DNA of 64,000 nt from Nitrospinales bacterium (GCA_965223795.1 CBDCXL010000001.1:384001-448000), one strand, 5' to 3'. Shown: positions 9,346-20,171, counted from the stretch's first letter. Notes: generated by a model not told the origin, from the letters alone. Numbers and translations are program-made.

Positions 9346-9784
9346 GCTTTCTCCTGTTCAGGCACCTTTTAGGGACAAGGCCCTCGCTGATTTTTAGTTT
9401 TTCAGGTAAATAGTTGCAATATACAGGCCAACGAAAAAATGCTTCACCGCAAATGCAGTTGCTCTCACGCGTTCCCAGTGGTGTCGCTGCCCGGTCATTC
9501 CGATCCAGGATGAACAGCAAGCGGGGAATTTTTCCGCTATCGGATTCAATTGTTTGGTTTACAGGGATCTCGTTCCTCCGGCCGCAGTGCGTTGCCCGCA
9601 TGGTCCGCGGCCGGATGTTGCAGTCGAAGAATTGCCGGTTTTGATATTCCCCGCCGAACGATCGCGCTTGCCCATAGAACAACTCCGGCTCAAATCCCCC
9701 GCCCGTGGTGCATATAGCCCGCTGTCTCCGGTTCATTGAGTTCATTCCCCGCTGCCTGGGATTGATTTTTATTCCTTTAGCGTT

Positions 9785-9799
9785 TGGCACAGACAATGC
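9785..9799 (+). promoter_or_regulatory. sigma54-type promoter
   Basis: TGGCAC-AGACA-ATGC, giving GG-N10-GC spacing, about 55 bp upstream of the entericidin-like ATG. Confidence 0.55.
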
Positions 9800-9854
9800 A
9801 TTTATCTGATCAAACAGACTTGGATCGATTTCATTGAATCACAGGAGAAAAAAC

Positions 9855-9998
9855 ATGAACAGCAAACTTGCAGCATATTGCCTCATCGCCCTGTTTTTCC
9901 TGGGCACGGTCGCCGCATGCAACACCACCCGCGGTGTGGGTGAGGATATGGAAGCGGTCGGCAAAACCATCGCCGAGGAAGCGGAAGAGCATAAGTAA
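9855..9998 (+). CDS. Entericidin EcnA/B family lipoprotein (47 aa; absent from ORF track)
   Basis: MNSKLAAYCLIALFFLGTVAACNTTRGVGEDMEAVGKTIAEEAEEHK: lipobox VAAC plus CNT..G.G.D signature. AGGAG RBS. Confidence 0.9.
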   Translation: MNSKLAAYCLIALFFLGTVAACNTTRGVGEDMEAVGKTIAEEAEEHK

Positions 9999-10058
9999 AC
10001 GGAATCAGGCGGGTTCCACTTGGCAAAGGTGCGGTGCACAGTGATGGAAATCCGCCGG

Positions 10059-10084
10059 CGGGGCGTTCGCGCCCCGTTTTTTTT
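10059..10084 (+). terminator. Intrinsic terminator
   Basis: CGGGGCG-TTCG-CGCCCCG followed by T8. Confidence 0.85.
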
Positions 10085-10222
10085 GCGCCCCATTCCCTTC
10101 TCCGATACCTTCCCGTAATTTTTTGATTATTCAGAGAAAACCATCGCGAGCGAAGCGCCGCGTTTCCTGATACAATTGGGTTGTCTTGGACTCGTGAACT
10201 GGAATCAGACGGGAAAATTGCA

Positions 10223-10828
10223 ATGCGTGCCTTTTACGTGATCGCTTTCGGACTTTTACTCATATTGGGCGCAGGTTGTGGCGGAGAGGACAAACCGGCG
10301 GCGAAGCCGGCCGCTTCCGCCTCGAAGCCAGCGCAGAAAAAACCGGCCGCCGCTCAACAAAGCGCGAAGCCACAGACCGCGCAGGCTCAAATCAACGCTG
10401 CGGAAAAGATGCCTTGCTCGCTGTTCAAGAAAGAGGAACTGGAGCAGCTTCTCGGTGCGCCCGTTCGGGCAATTCATTACAAACCGGAAAACATTTCCGA
10501 AAGCGGTTACGACTGGAAAGCGGAATCCTGCTTCTGGGAGCAGGAGGTGGGCGGCCTGACCCTGAAGGTGAGCCTGGGCAAACATTTTTTCGGCAAGGCC
10601 GTGGAATGCTATGAGCTGACCGGCAAACCGAAGGAACTCAAGGTCAACGGCCAGCCCGGCTGGTGGAAATTTTTCAACAGCGTGGGACGCGGTTCGCTGC
10701 GCGTCTGCGACACCTCCAAAGCGCTGGTGCAGGTGCAGCTCGAGCAGGAAGGCGGCGAAGAAAACGCACTGGAAACGAAAGCCGTCGATATCGTGAAAAA
10801 GACGCTCGAACGGGTGAAGAAAGGCTGA
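10223..10828 (+). CDS. Hypothetical lipoprotein
   Basis: Lipobox GAGC, Ala/Pro/Lys linker, then a globular domain with four Cys. Confidence 0.75.
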   Translation: MRAFYVIAFGLLLILGAGCGGEDKPAAKPAASASKPAQKKPAAAQQSAKPQTAQAQINAAEKMPCSLFKKEELEQLLGAPVRAIHYKPENISESGYDWKAESCFWEQEVGGLTLKVSLGKHFFGKAVECYELTGKPKELKVNGQPGWWKFFNSVGRGSLRVCDTSKALVQVQLEQEGGEENALETKAVDIVKKTLERVKKG

Positions 10829-10833
10829 ACCCG

Positions 10834-11355
10834 TCAGCTCTCTCCCGCCTCGGAAAACTCCCCGCGAAAGCGCGCCACTCCGGAAAGACCGCCTGCTTCC
10901 GGTTTGCGTAATGTCAAAATCATGAATGCCGCCTCCGGCACGTCCCATTCACTGCGGATTCCGTAACGGCTCGCCGGTTCGAACCCGAATTTCGGATAAT
11001 ATTCCGGATGCCCCAGCACGAGGATGAAGGGCGTCCGCTTCGCCTGCAGCCGCTCGATGGCGGCGTTGATGAGTGCGGCGCCGATGCCCTGGCGCTGATA
11101 TTCGGGCAGCACGGACATGGGCGCGAGCGCCATGCCGTGAGCGGTGTTCCCGCGCCCCTCAACCGCGACCGGGCTGAACAGGATGTGTCCGACGATGCGC
11201 CCGCCCTGCAGGGCGACGAGAGACAGCCGGTCCGGGCAGCGCTCACGCAGGCGGTCGACGATGTCCGCTTCCTGTTTCTGACCGAACGCGCGTTCGTTCA
11301 CCTGCCGAATGGCCGCTTCATCCTGGGGTGTTTCTTCCCGAATCGAGAGCGTCAT
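10834..11355 (-). CDS. GNAT family N-acetyltransferase (YhbS-like)
   Basis: IVGHILFSPV, LAPMSVLPEYQRQGIG and VLGHPEYYPKFGF motifs. Confidence 0.92.
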   Translation of the reverse strand: MTLSIREETPQDEAAIRQVNERAFGQKQEADIVDRLRERCPDRLSLVALQGGRIVGHILFSPVAVEGRGNTAHGMALAPMSVLPEYQRQGIGAALINAAIERLQAKRTPFILVLGHPEYYPKFGFEPASRYGIRSEWDVPEAAFMILTLRKPEAGGLSGVARFRGEFSEAGES

Positions 11356-11646
11356 TTGCCAGCTCCACAGGCTTTGAATTTTCTGCCCCAAAAAAAGGCT
11401 TTTCCGAATTTCTTTTGCATGCCGAAAAATAGTCCGGTTGTGCTATATATTTTTACCTATGTTTTTGATACATTTGGCCTCTATTTAGAACGACCGTTCT
11501 TCCGATAACGCAAAAGAACGGCCGCACTCTTTCCCATCGAATAGTGGTTCTCACGCTATCCAAATTCCAAGAAATGAGCGCCCGCCGGCTGTTTTTGTGA
11601 ACGTTGTTCTCAGCCTTCTTTTTCCTGTGTTTGGGAGGGAAACCCG

Positions 11647-11928
11647 GTGCCGGATAAGATTAAAGATTGGATCAAATCCAAGAACGCCGACCTCGCCGCC
11701 AGCCCCGAATTGGATAAGCGCATGCAGAAAGCGGGACTCACGGGACGGGAACGGGAAATCTGCGTCCTGATCCGCAACGGGTTCAGCAATCAGGAGATCG
11801 CCTCCGGACTGGGAATCAGTCCGCACACGGTCAAGAATCATATCAGAAATATCCATCAGAAGCTCGATGTCCAGACACGCGCCAAGCTCGTCGCCCTGCT
11901 GAACAAACAGAGTCCGGATGCATCGTGA
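11647..11928 (+). CDS. Stand-alone LuxR-type HTH regulator
   Basis: LT.RE.EI..LI..G.SNQEIA..LGIS..TVKNHI.NI..KL.V..R. GGAGG RBS before GTG. No receiver domain. Confidence 0.9.
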   Translation: MPDKIKDWIKSKNADLAASPELDKRMQKAGLTGREREICVLIRNGFSNQEIASGLGISPHTVKNHIRNIHQKLDVQTRAKLVALLNKQSPDAS

Positions 11929-12082
11929 CTCGTTGAAGCAAACTGCCGGGGATCGTTTTTTATTGGTGACATCGTTGTCTCAAGGAAGAAGAGAAAAAAG
12001 AGGAAAATGGTCCGGGCGTGCTATTTCTTTCTTCGCGGCGTTTTGATACATTCGCGCTTCTTACCGACATGGGAATGGGAGC

Positions 12083-12196
12083 ATGGAACTCACAAACAGG
12101 AAGAAACCGCCTGAATGCAAGCTGTTCCTGGGCATGTTCTGGGGGCTGATGCTGGAGCTGCCGTTCTTTCTGCTGTTGTTCTACATTCTCTGGTAA
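12083..12196 (+). CDS. Putative small membrane protein (37 aa; absent from ORF track)
   Basis: MELTNRKKPPECKLFLGMFWGLMLELPFFLLLFYILW: basic N-terminus then one hydrophobic helix, host-like codons, purine-rich sequence upstream. Confidence 0.45.
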   Translation: MELTNRKKPPECKLFLGMFWGLMLELPFFLLLFYILW

Positions 12197-12243
12197 GGTG
12201 AGACACGCCCGATAGGGCTAGAATTTTTTAAATCGAATTTCCG

Positions 12244-12468
12244 TTACGAAAGGGATTTCGAGACCAGCCAGTAAATGCAATAGCATTCGATTGCAAAAAA
12301 CATCACACTCATCAACACATCGTAGCCCACCCAAAACGCCGATGTGCGTTTGTATTCCGCTTTGACCTTCTTTCTATAATTTCCAGAAAATAGAATCCCC
12401 CAAATCCTATAAAAATATGGGATCGCTCCATTTATCTCTACGATCAGTTCATCAATGATCCCAAACAT
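12244..12468 (-). CDS. Hypothetical small membrane protein, AT-rich
   Basis: 74 aa with C-terminal TM segment. GAGAGG RBS; starts about 10 bp after the XRE stop. Confidence 0.6.
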   Translation of the reverse strand: MFGIIDELIVEINGAIPYFYRIWGILFSGNYRKKVKAEYKRTSAFWVGYDVLMSVMFFAIECYCIYWLVSKSLS

Positions 12469-12477
12469 TGAAGCCTC

Positions 12478-12888
12478 TCAACTTTTATCACCGCTCGCTT
12501 TTTCTTTCAGTCCTTTCTCCAACGCGTTCACGCGCGCTTCCAGGTTTTTGATTTTCTCCTGCTGCAGTTCGATGATGGTGTCCTTGGCCTGCAGCATTTC
12601 GTCGCGCCAGTTGACAGCGGGTTCGTTGCCCGAACGCTCGGTCTGCGGCGGGGCGGGCTCCTTCCCGGTCAGGAGCCAGGTTTCGGAAATGTCCAGCGCC
12701 TGAGCGAGCTTGAGCAGTGAGGCGAGGCTCGGGGTGGTCTTGCCGTTTTCCCAGTCGCTGATGTCGGGAGGATGGCAGCCGACCCGGACGGCCAGGTCCT
12801 TGGCCTTCAACCCCAGTTCTTTACGCCGGGTCACGATTCTGGAACCGATTGTGTTCACGTCGTTTGGGTAAAATTTATTAGAAATCAC
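12478..12888 (-). CDS. XRE/cI-like HTH repressor with C-terminal coiled coil
   Basis: IG.RI..RRKELGL...DLA..VG.....ISDWENGK..PS...L.KLA.AL.IS..WLLTG. No S24 peptidase domain. Confidence 0.9.
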   Translation of the reverse strand: MISNKFYPNDVNTIGSRIVTRRKELGLKAKDLAVRVGCHPPDISDWENGKTTPSLASLLKLAQALDISETWLLTGKEPAPPQTERSGNEPAVNWRDEMLQAKDTIIELQQEKIKNLEARVNALEKGLKEKASGDKS

Positions 12889-12917
12889 TTGACCAAAATT
12901 AGCCTAATTGCTAATAT
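12889..12917 (+). promoter_or_regulatory. sigma70 promoter with overlapping palindromic operator
   Basis: TTGACC (12889-12894)-N17-TAATAT (12912-12917), overlapped by ATTAGC-N6-GCTAAT (12898-12915). Confidence 0.7.
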
Positions 12918-13135
12918 TTGACGAGAAAACCCGCCGATCCGCCGCACCACGAGAGGGAGCTGTTTAAAGCTTTAAGGCCTCCAGCTTAGCACAGCCGCTC
13001 CCGCCTGTCAGCACCCGCAAAGTTAACCCAAAGGCTATATTTCGCAATTACAGGCATTTTCGGATTTCAAGATCACCGGAGTCCAGGAAGGACTTCCATT
13101 CAGGAGGGCGTCATTCCACCTTGGGAGGAAGCATC

Positions 13136-13375
13136 ATGTCTCGTTTCAAAGGGTTGGAAGCGCTGTTGGGACAACGGGTCACGCTGTTCTGCGTCAATTA
13201 CATCTACACGGGACGCCTGATGGCGGTGACCGCGACGTTCGCGTTCCTGACGGAACCGGAGGTCGTGTACGAAACCGGTCCGCTGGATTCGGAGCAGTGG
13301 AAGGACGCGGAGCCGCTGCCGGGCAACTGGTACGTGCGCCTGCTGTCGATCGAATCGTTCGGGGTGCTCAAATGA
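13136..13375 (+). CDS. Small phage-type beta-rich (Sm/SH3-like) protein
   Basis: GLEALLGQRVTLFC.NYIYTG.L..V......L....VVYETG......WKDA..LP..WYV....IESFG. GGAGG RBS. Family assignment is from recall and was not searched. Confidence 0.75.
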   Translation: MSRFKGLEALLGQRVTLFCVNYIYTGRLMAVTATFAFLTEPEVVYETGPLDSEQWKDAEPLPGNWYVRLLSIESFGVLK

Positions 13376-13524
13376 TGCGCCGGGCGCGCTGCAAGACCCG
13401 GGACGTGGCGCGGTACGCGTCGGGACGCCGCTCCTGGTGCGTGAGCGGATCGGGCCGCGGGCAAACGCTGAGGATGGTCTCGCTTTGCGGCGCGGGTTCG
13501 CGCTGGGGATCGTGGCTGGGGTGA
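13372..13524 (+). CDS. Short Arg/Ser/Gly/Trp-rich peptide, translationally coupled
   Basis: ATGA overlap with the previous stop. MMRRARCKTRDVARYASGRRSWCVSGSGRGQTLRMVSLCGAGSRWGSWLG. Confidence 0.5.
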   Translation: MMRRARCKTRDVARYASGRRSWCVSGSGRGQTLRMVSLCGAGSRWGSWLG

Positions 13525-13525
13525 G

Positions 13526-13858
13526 TCAGTTGGCGCGGGCTTTCGTGCATTCGGCGCACTGGCACAGACGCCGCAGCAGTTCGTGCGGATAGAGCCCGGT
13601 GTCGTGGCCGTCGTTCCAGTAAAACTGAATGGCGTACAGGCCCACGGCCTTGAGGTTCACCGGCCGGATGGTGTCGGCCACCATGCCCGGCTTGAGCCGC
13701 CTCTCGCCGGTCCATTCGTCGATGCACTGGGCGCAGGGGCAGCTTTCCCGCAAATGCTTCACGGCATACACGGATTCGTGCCCGTCGGTCCAGGAGATGC
13801 CGAGTGTGGTCTCATCCACCTGGCGGATGTCTTTGGGTGAAGGTTTGTCTGCGTTCAC
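13526..13858 (-). CDS. DUF971 / GBBH-like N-terminal domain protein
   Basis: WTDGHES.Y....LRE.CPCA.C and VG.YAIQF.W.DGH.TG.Y....LR motifs. Confidence 0.9.
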   Translation of the reverse strand: MNADKPSPKDIRQVDETTLGISWTDGHESVYAVKHLRESCPCAQCIDEWTGERRLKPGMVADTIRPVNLKAVGLYAIQFYWNDGHDTGLYPHELLRRLCQCAECTKARAN

Positions 13859-13870
13859 GCGGTGCGTCCG

Positions 13871-14968
<1,098 letters not shown>

Positions 14969-15309
14969 TGGGTTGCTCCCCTGTTGAGTCTGGGTGTAAA
15001 ACCCGGTTCTTATTTGAAAATTCGTCTTATGATGTCGCCTTCTTCCCCTAAGATGGTTCTGCCCTCAAAAGGTTTTAAATAAAAATCACAGCCGGGTCAA
15101 CCTCACGGAACCGAAACAGACCGGTTCCTGCATTTCCGTTGAACGGATTCTGACAAACGGGCAGGCGCGTTTTTTTCAGATGCCCATAAAAAAGAAATTC
15201 GCGGCCAAAGCCCTTCCCCGCCAGGCGGATCGCCGGAACCCGCCATCTTTAAAGGGCCGGCGGCGATTTCGCGGCGGCGAAAAAAAAGTTTTGCCCTTGC
15301 TCGCAATGT

Positions 15310-15350
15310 CCATATATTGTATACATTTGATCTAATTCCACTATATGTGG
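15310..15350. promoter_or_regulatory. Tandem NrdR-box-like sites
   Basis: CCATATATTG (15310-15319) and CTATATGTGG (15341-15350) resemble the NrdR core CwAtATaTwG and are 31 bp apart. Confidence 0.65.
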
Positions 15351-15654
15351 GACGATAAATCATGTGAAATTTATGCTATTTACACCACTTCCCCTTTAAA
15401 TATCTGAATTTTAAGGTTAAGATGTGTTTTATCGCCCTGCCTCCGAATTTGTGGCGGTTTCATAAGGGTTCCGGCGGTCTTCCATTTTGCTGGAAATTTT
15501 GCAAGGATTTCACACCGGGCCGGGAACTCCATCAAGAGGCGGTTTCAATCCCGTTTTAAAACGAATTTTTTAATGAAAATGCAGAGCCCCCGCCGGGATT
15601 TTTTAGCAATGCCCGTCCGGAGCCCTCTGTTTAACTCGATCCTTCAACGATCCC

Positions 15655-17943
15655 ATGGCCACGGAAAAAGTTTCTGACATTCAGGTCGAACTGGAAAACC
15701 GGTTTCTGACCTACGCGCTCTCGACCATCGTTTCCCGCTCGCTGCCGGACGTGCGCGACGGCCTCAAGCCGATCCACCGCCGCATTCTGTACGCGATGGA
15801 CAGCATGGGCGTGAGTTCCGCGGCCAAGTACGTGAAATCCGCCAAGATCATCGGTGAGGTGCTCGGTAAGTACCACCCGCACGGCGACGCGTCGACGTAC
15901 GAGTCGATGGTGCGCATGGCGCAGGACTTTTCCCTGCGCTACCCGCTGGTGGACGGCAAGGGCAATTTCGGCTCGATCGACGGCGACGCGCCCGCCGCCT
16001 ACCGTTACACGGAAGGCCGGCTGCGCCTGATCAGCACCTTTCTGCTGAGCGACCTGAAAAAAGACACGGTCGATTTCCGGCAGAACTACGACAACACGCT
16101 GAAAGAGCCGGTGGTGCTGCCCTCGCGCGTGCCGAACCTGTTGATCAACGGCGCCGCGGGCATCGCGGTGGGCATGGCCTGCTCGTTTCCCAGCCACAAC
16201 GTGAAAGAAGTGGTGAACGCGCTGATGGCGCTGATCGACGAGCCGGACATGACGACGGCGCAGATCATGAAGCACATCAAGGGGCCGGATTTCCCCACCG
16301 GCGGCATTCTGCTGAACACCAAGACCGAACTCCGGCAGGCTTACGAGCAGGGTTCCGGAACGCTGAAGATCCGCGGCGAATGGAAGCTGGAAGAGCTGGC
16401 GCGCGGCAAGCGGCAGATCATCATCACGTCCATCCCGTACGGGGTGAACAAGGCGAAGATGATCGAAAAAATCGCCGAGGTCATCATCAACAAGAAGCTG
16501 CCGCCGCTGGTGGATGTGCGCGACGAGAGCGACGAGGCGATCCGGGTGGTGCTGGAAGTGAAAAACGGCGCCGAGCCGGAAAAGCTGATGACCTACCTGT
16601 TCAAGCACACGGACCTGGAAGCGAATTTTCAGCTCAATTTCACCTGTCTCAAGCCCAACGGCGAGCCGGACCGGCTGTCCCTCATCGAAATCTGCACGTT
16701 CTTCCTCGAATTCCGCAAAGAGGTGGTGACGCGGCGGCTGAAATACGAACTGGAGATCATCAACCGGCGGCTGCACATCCTGGAGGGCTTCGCGGCGATC
16801 TTCAACGATCTCGACCGGGCGCTGAAACTGATCCGCTCGTCTTCTTCCAGACAGGAAGCGCACGAAAAGTTAAAGAAAGGTTTCAAGCTCGACGACGAGC
16901 AGACCAGCGCGATCCTGGAAATTCCGCTCTACCGGCTGGTGTCGATGGAGATCGGCAAGATCCTCGAAGAGCAGAAAGAAAAGCTGAAAGAGAAAAAACG
17001 CATCGAGGGCATCCTCAAATCGGCGAAAAAGATCTGGAACGAGGTCAAAGGGGAACTCAAGGAGATTGTCGACGAATTCGGAGACAAGCGCATGACCAAG
17101 CTGGACGCGAAGGTCGTCGACAGCACCGAATACAACGTCGAGGATTTCATCGAGCACGAGGAAGTGATGCTGGTGCTCAGCAAAAACGGCTGGCTGAGGA
17201 AGCTCAAGGCGCAGACGGACCCCGATTCGCTCAAGTTCAAGGAAAACGACGCACTGATGGACGTGCTGAAGATCAACACCAAGGACCGGGTGGCGTTTTT
17301 CACCAGCCTGGGAACGGTGTATATCCAGAAGGTTTACGGTCTTCCCACCACGCACGCCAGAAGCTTTGGCGAGCCGATCCAGAACCTGTTCAAATTCGGC
17401 GACGGCGAGCGGGTGCTGCACATGATGTCGCTCGACGAACCGGAAGCAGCCGAACCGGCCCCCGCCAGGGGCAAGGGAAAAGCCAAGCAGCAGGCGCTCG
17501 ATTTCGAACAGGACGAACAGGGAGCGCGCGAGTTCATGGTCGCCAGCGCCTCGGGCATGGGATTCCGGTTCCGGCTCGATCAGGATTCGGAAACGACGCG
17601 CTCCGGCAGGAAGATCATGACGCTCAAACAGGGCGACCGCATGGTGGCCGTCGCGCCGGTGACCGGCAAGCATGTGTTCCTGGCTTCGGAGAGCGGCAAG
17701 GGCATGCGGGTGGCCACCGATCAGATCACACAGTTGACAGGAACCGGAAAGGGCGTCAAGCTGATGAAGCTGGTCGATTCCGAGCTGGCCGGATTCAAGT
17801 TCGTCGACAAAAAAGACAAGATCACCCTCATCTTCGACAAGGGCAAGCCCAAGGAGCTGAAGGCGAAGGACGTTCCCGAATACAACCGCGGCACGCAGGG
17901 CGTCATCCTGGCGAAACGCAAAAAGATCGTGGATATTGAATGA
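15655..17943 (+). CDS. parC: Type IIA DNA topoisomerase subunit A (topoisomerase IV-like)
   Basis: [18 protein letters not shown], catalytic AAYRYTE and GPDFPTGG motifs. No QRRGGKG GyrA-box at the start of the C-terminal domain. Confidence 0.8.
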   Translation: MATEKVSDIQVELENRFLTYALSTIVSRSLPDVRDGLKPIHRRILYAMDSMGVSSAAKYVKSAKIIGEVLGKYHPHGDASTYESMVRMAQDFSLRYPLVDGKGNFGSIDGDAPAAYRYTEGRLRLISTFLLSDLKKDTVDFRQNYDNTLKEPVVLPSRVPNLLINGAAGIAVGMACSFPSHNVKEVVNALMALIDEPDMTTAQIMKHIKGPDFPTGGILLNTKTELRQAYEQGSGTLKIRGEWKLEELARGKRQIIITSIPYGVNKAKMIEKIAEVIINKKLPPLVDVRDESDEAIRVVLEVKNGAEPEKLMTYLFKHTDLEANFQLNFTCLKPNGEPDRLSLIEICTFFLEFRKEVVTRRLKYELEIINRRLHILEGFAAIFNDLDRALKLIRSSSSRQEAHEKLKKGFKLDDEQTSAILEIPLYRLVSMEIGKILEEQKEKLKEKKRIEGILKSAKKIWNEVKGELKEIVDEFGDKRMTKLDAKVVDSTEYNVEDFIEHEEVMLVLSKNGWLRKLKAQTDPDSLKFKENDALMDVLKINTKDRVAFFTSLGTVYIQKVYGLPTTHARSFGEPIQNLFKFGDGERVLHMMSLDEPEAAEPAPARGKGKAKQQALDFEQDEQGAREFMVASASGMGFRFRLDQDSETTRSGRKIMTLKQGDRMVAVAPVTGKHVFLASESGKGMRVATDQITQLTGTGKGVKLMKLVDSELAGFKFVDKKDKITLIFDKGKPKELKAKDVPEYNRGTQGVILAKRKKIVDIE

Positions 17944-17999
17944 AAAACGCCCATAAAAGGCGCACTTTGAATAACGCTATCAACCCAACACCCTAAAAC

Positions 18000-19892
18000 A
18001 TGGCAACCAGCTACAAAGCGGAAGACATTCAGGTTCTGGAAGGTCTGGACCCGGTGCGCAAGCGGCCGGGGATGTACATCGGGTCCACCTCGGCGACGGG
18101 ACTGCACCATTTGTTGTGGGAAATCCTCGACAACTCGGTGGACGAGGCGCTGAACGGACACTGCGATTCGATCGAAATCGTGCTCGATAAAGACCACGGC
18201 GTCACCATCAAGGACAACGGCCGCGGCATTCCGGTGGACCAGTTCCGCAAGACCAAAAAAAGCGCCATGGAGATCCTGTTCACCACGCTGCATTCGGGCG
18301 GCAAGTTCGGCCAGGGCAATTACAAGGTGTCCGGCGGACTGCACGGCGTGGGCATGGCGGTGGTCTGCGCCCTGTCGGAAACGCTGAAGGCCACGTCGCG
18401 CCGCGAAGGGTTCGAATGGACCCAGTCTTATGCGCGCGGTAAGCCCACCACCAAGCTGAAAAAAGGCAAGGCGGTACGGGCTTACGGCACGACGGTGTAC
18501 TTCAAGCCGGATAAAAAGATCTTTCCCAAAGTCGAGTTCAACACCAAATGGATTTTAGAGCGGGCGGAGGCCAAGGCGTTTCTCAATAAGGGCCTGAAGA
18601 TCGTCGTCCAGGCGGACGGCAAGAAGCAGACGTTCCAGTACCCGCAGGGGATCAAGGATTACATCCAGAAGATCGTCAACGGCCAGCCCGCACTGATGGA
18701 GGAGCCGTTCTACATCGAAAAGGACGACAAGCACCTGCGCGTGGAAACCGCGTTCGTGTGGACGTCCAGCACGGACACCAACATCCTCTCCTACGCCAAC
18801 TCCATCCGCACGGTGGACGGCGGCTCGCACGAAAACGGGTTCCGCAACGGCATCACCAAGGCGCTGCGCGCCTACATCGAGCGGCGCAGCCTGCTGCCGA
18901 AGGGCATCTCCAGCATCACCAGCGACGACGTGAAGGAAGGACTCACGGCGATCGTCAATGTCTACCTGCAAGGGGAAGTGGAGTTTCAGGGGCAGACCAA
19001 GGGCCGGCTCAATTCGGACATCACCTCGCAGGTGGAGTCGGTGGTCAAGCACTCGCTGGAGCATTACCTGCACGATCACCAGACCCAGGGCGACACCATC
19101 GCCAACCGCATCGTGCTGGCGGCGCAGGCCCGGGTGGCCTCGCGCCAGGCCAAGGAAGCGGTGCAGCGCAAGACCAACATCTCGCACCGGCTCAATCTGC
19201 CGGGCAAGCTGTCGGACTGCGCCACGGTGGATAAAAACCAGGCGGAGCTGTTCATCTGCGAAGGCGATTCGGCGGGCGGTTCCAGCAAGCAGGCGCGCGA
19301 CCGCAAGACGCAGGCCATCCTGCCGATCCGCGGCAAGATCCTCAACGTGGAAACGGCGACGATGGTGAAGACGCTGGCCAACAACGAGATTCAGAACATC
19401 GTTTCCGCCATCGGCACGGGCATCCAGCCGAAATTCGATTACAAGAAACTGCGCTACGGCAAGATCATCATCATGACCGACGCGGACGTGGACGGCGCGC
19501 ACATCTGCACGCTGCTGTTGACGTTCTTTTACCGCTACATGCCCGAACTGATCGAAAAAGGACACCTCTACATCGCGCAGCCGCCGCTGTACCGCATCGA
19601 CGCGGGCAAAAAACTGTTCTACGCCGTGGACGACAAGCAGCGCGACGACATCATCGAAAAGCTCAACGGCTCGAAATACGACGTCGGCCGGTTCAAGGGG
19701 CTCGGCGAGATGCCGCCGGCGGACCTCAAGCAGACCACGATGGACAAGAAATCCCGCTCGCTCATCCGCGTGACGATCGACGACATGGACTCGGCCCAGG
19801 AGACCTTCGGCCGGCTCATGGGCAAGGACTCCGAGCCGCGTTTCCGTTTCATCAAGGAAAAGGCGGTGTTCGTTCAGGATCTGGACGTCTGA
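18000..19892 (+). CDS. parE: Type IIA DNA topoisomerase subunit B (topoisomerase IV-like)
   Basis: VRKRPGMYIG, SGGLHGVG, EGDSAGG, PIRGKILN, MTDADVDG and RFKGLGEM motifs; 630 aa. Confidence 0.8.
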   Translation: MATSYKAEDIQVLEGLDPVRKRPGMYIGSTSATGLHHLLWEILDNSVDEALNGHCDSIEIVLDKDHGVTIKDNGRGIPVDQFRKTKKSAMEILFTTLHSGGKFGQGNYKVSGGLHGVGMAVVCALSETLKATSRREGFEWTQSYARGKPTTKLKKGKAVRAYGTTVYFKPDKKIFPKVEFNTKWILERAEAKAFLNKGLKIVVQADGKKQTFQYPQGIKDYIQKIVNGQPALMEEPFYIEKDDKHLRVETAFVWTSSTDTNILSYANSIRTVDGGSHENGFRNGITKALRAYIERRSLLPKGISSITSDDVKEGLTAIVNVYLQGEVEFQGQTKGRLNSDITSQVESVVKHSLEHYLHDHQTQGDTIANRIVLAAQARVASRQAKEAVQRKTNISHRLNLPGKLSDCATVDKNQAELFICEGDSAGGSSKQARDRKTQAILPIRGKILNVETATMVKTLANNEIQNIVSAIGTGIQPKFDYKKLRYGKIIIMTDADVDGAHICTLLLTFFYRYMPELIEKGHLYIAQPPLYRIDAGKKLFYAVDDKQRDDIIEKLNGSKYDVGRFKGLGEMPPADLKQTTMDKKSRSLIRVTIDDMDSAQETFGRLMGKDSEPRFRFIKEKAVFVQDLDV

Positions 19893-20171
19893 GCCCGCAT
19901 ATCGGCCCTCCCCGCTTTATCCTCCTGGCGAAAAAAACCTCTGAAAATCCCCCTGTTGCTCCTGAAATCTCCTTCTCAAAAGACCCTTTCCGGCCCGCCA
20001 TGCATATTTACCTTAACTGTGAAGCATATTATCCAAAACCCCATTAAAGCTAATAAAATCAATAATGTTTTTGATTGCTCCTTCCCATTTCGCCTTGAGT
20101 TTTTACCCGCAAGACGGTACACTGAGTCTTTAAACCCCTAATAATAGACGACTTTTTCACTCATCCGATAA

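Noticed and set aside
9323..9796. 157 aa minus-strand ORF in the spacer upstream of the lipoprotein
   Set aside because: Atypical composition, overlaps predicted promoter elements and shows no recognisable homology.
11647..13524. Intact prophage
   Set aside because: No integrase, att/tRNA site, replication or structural genes.
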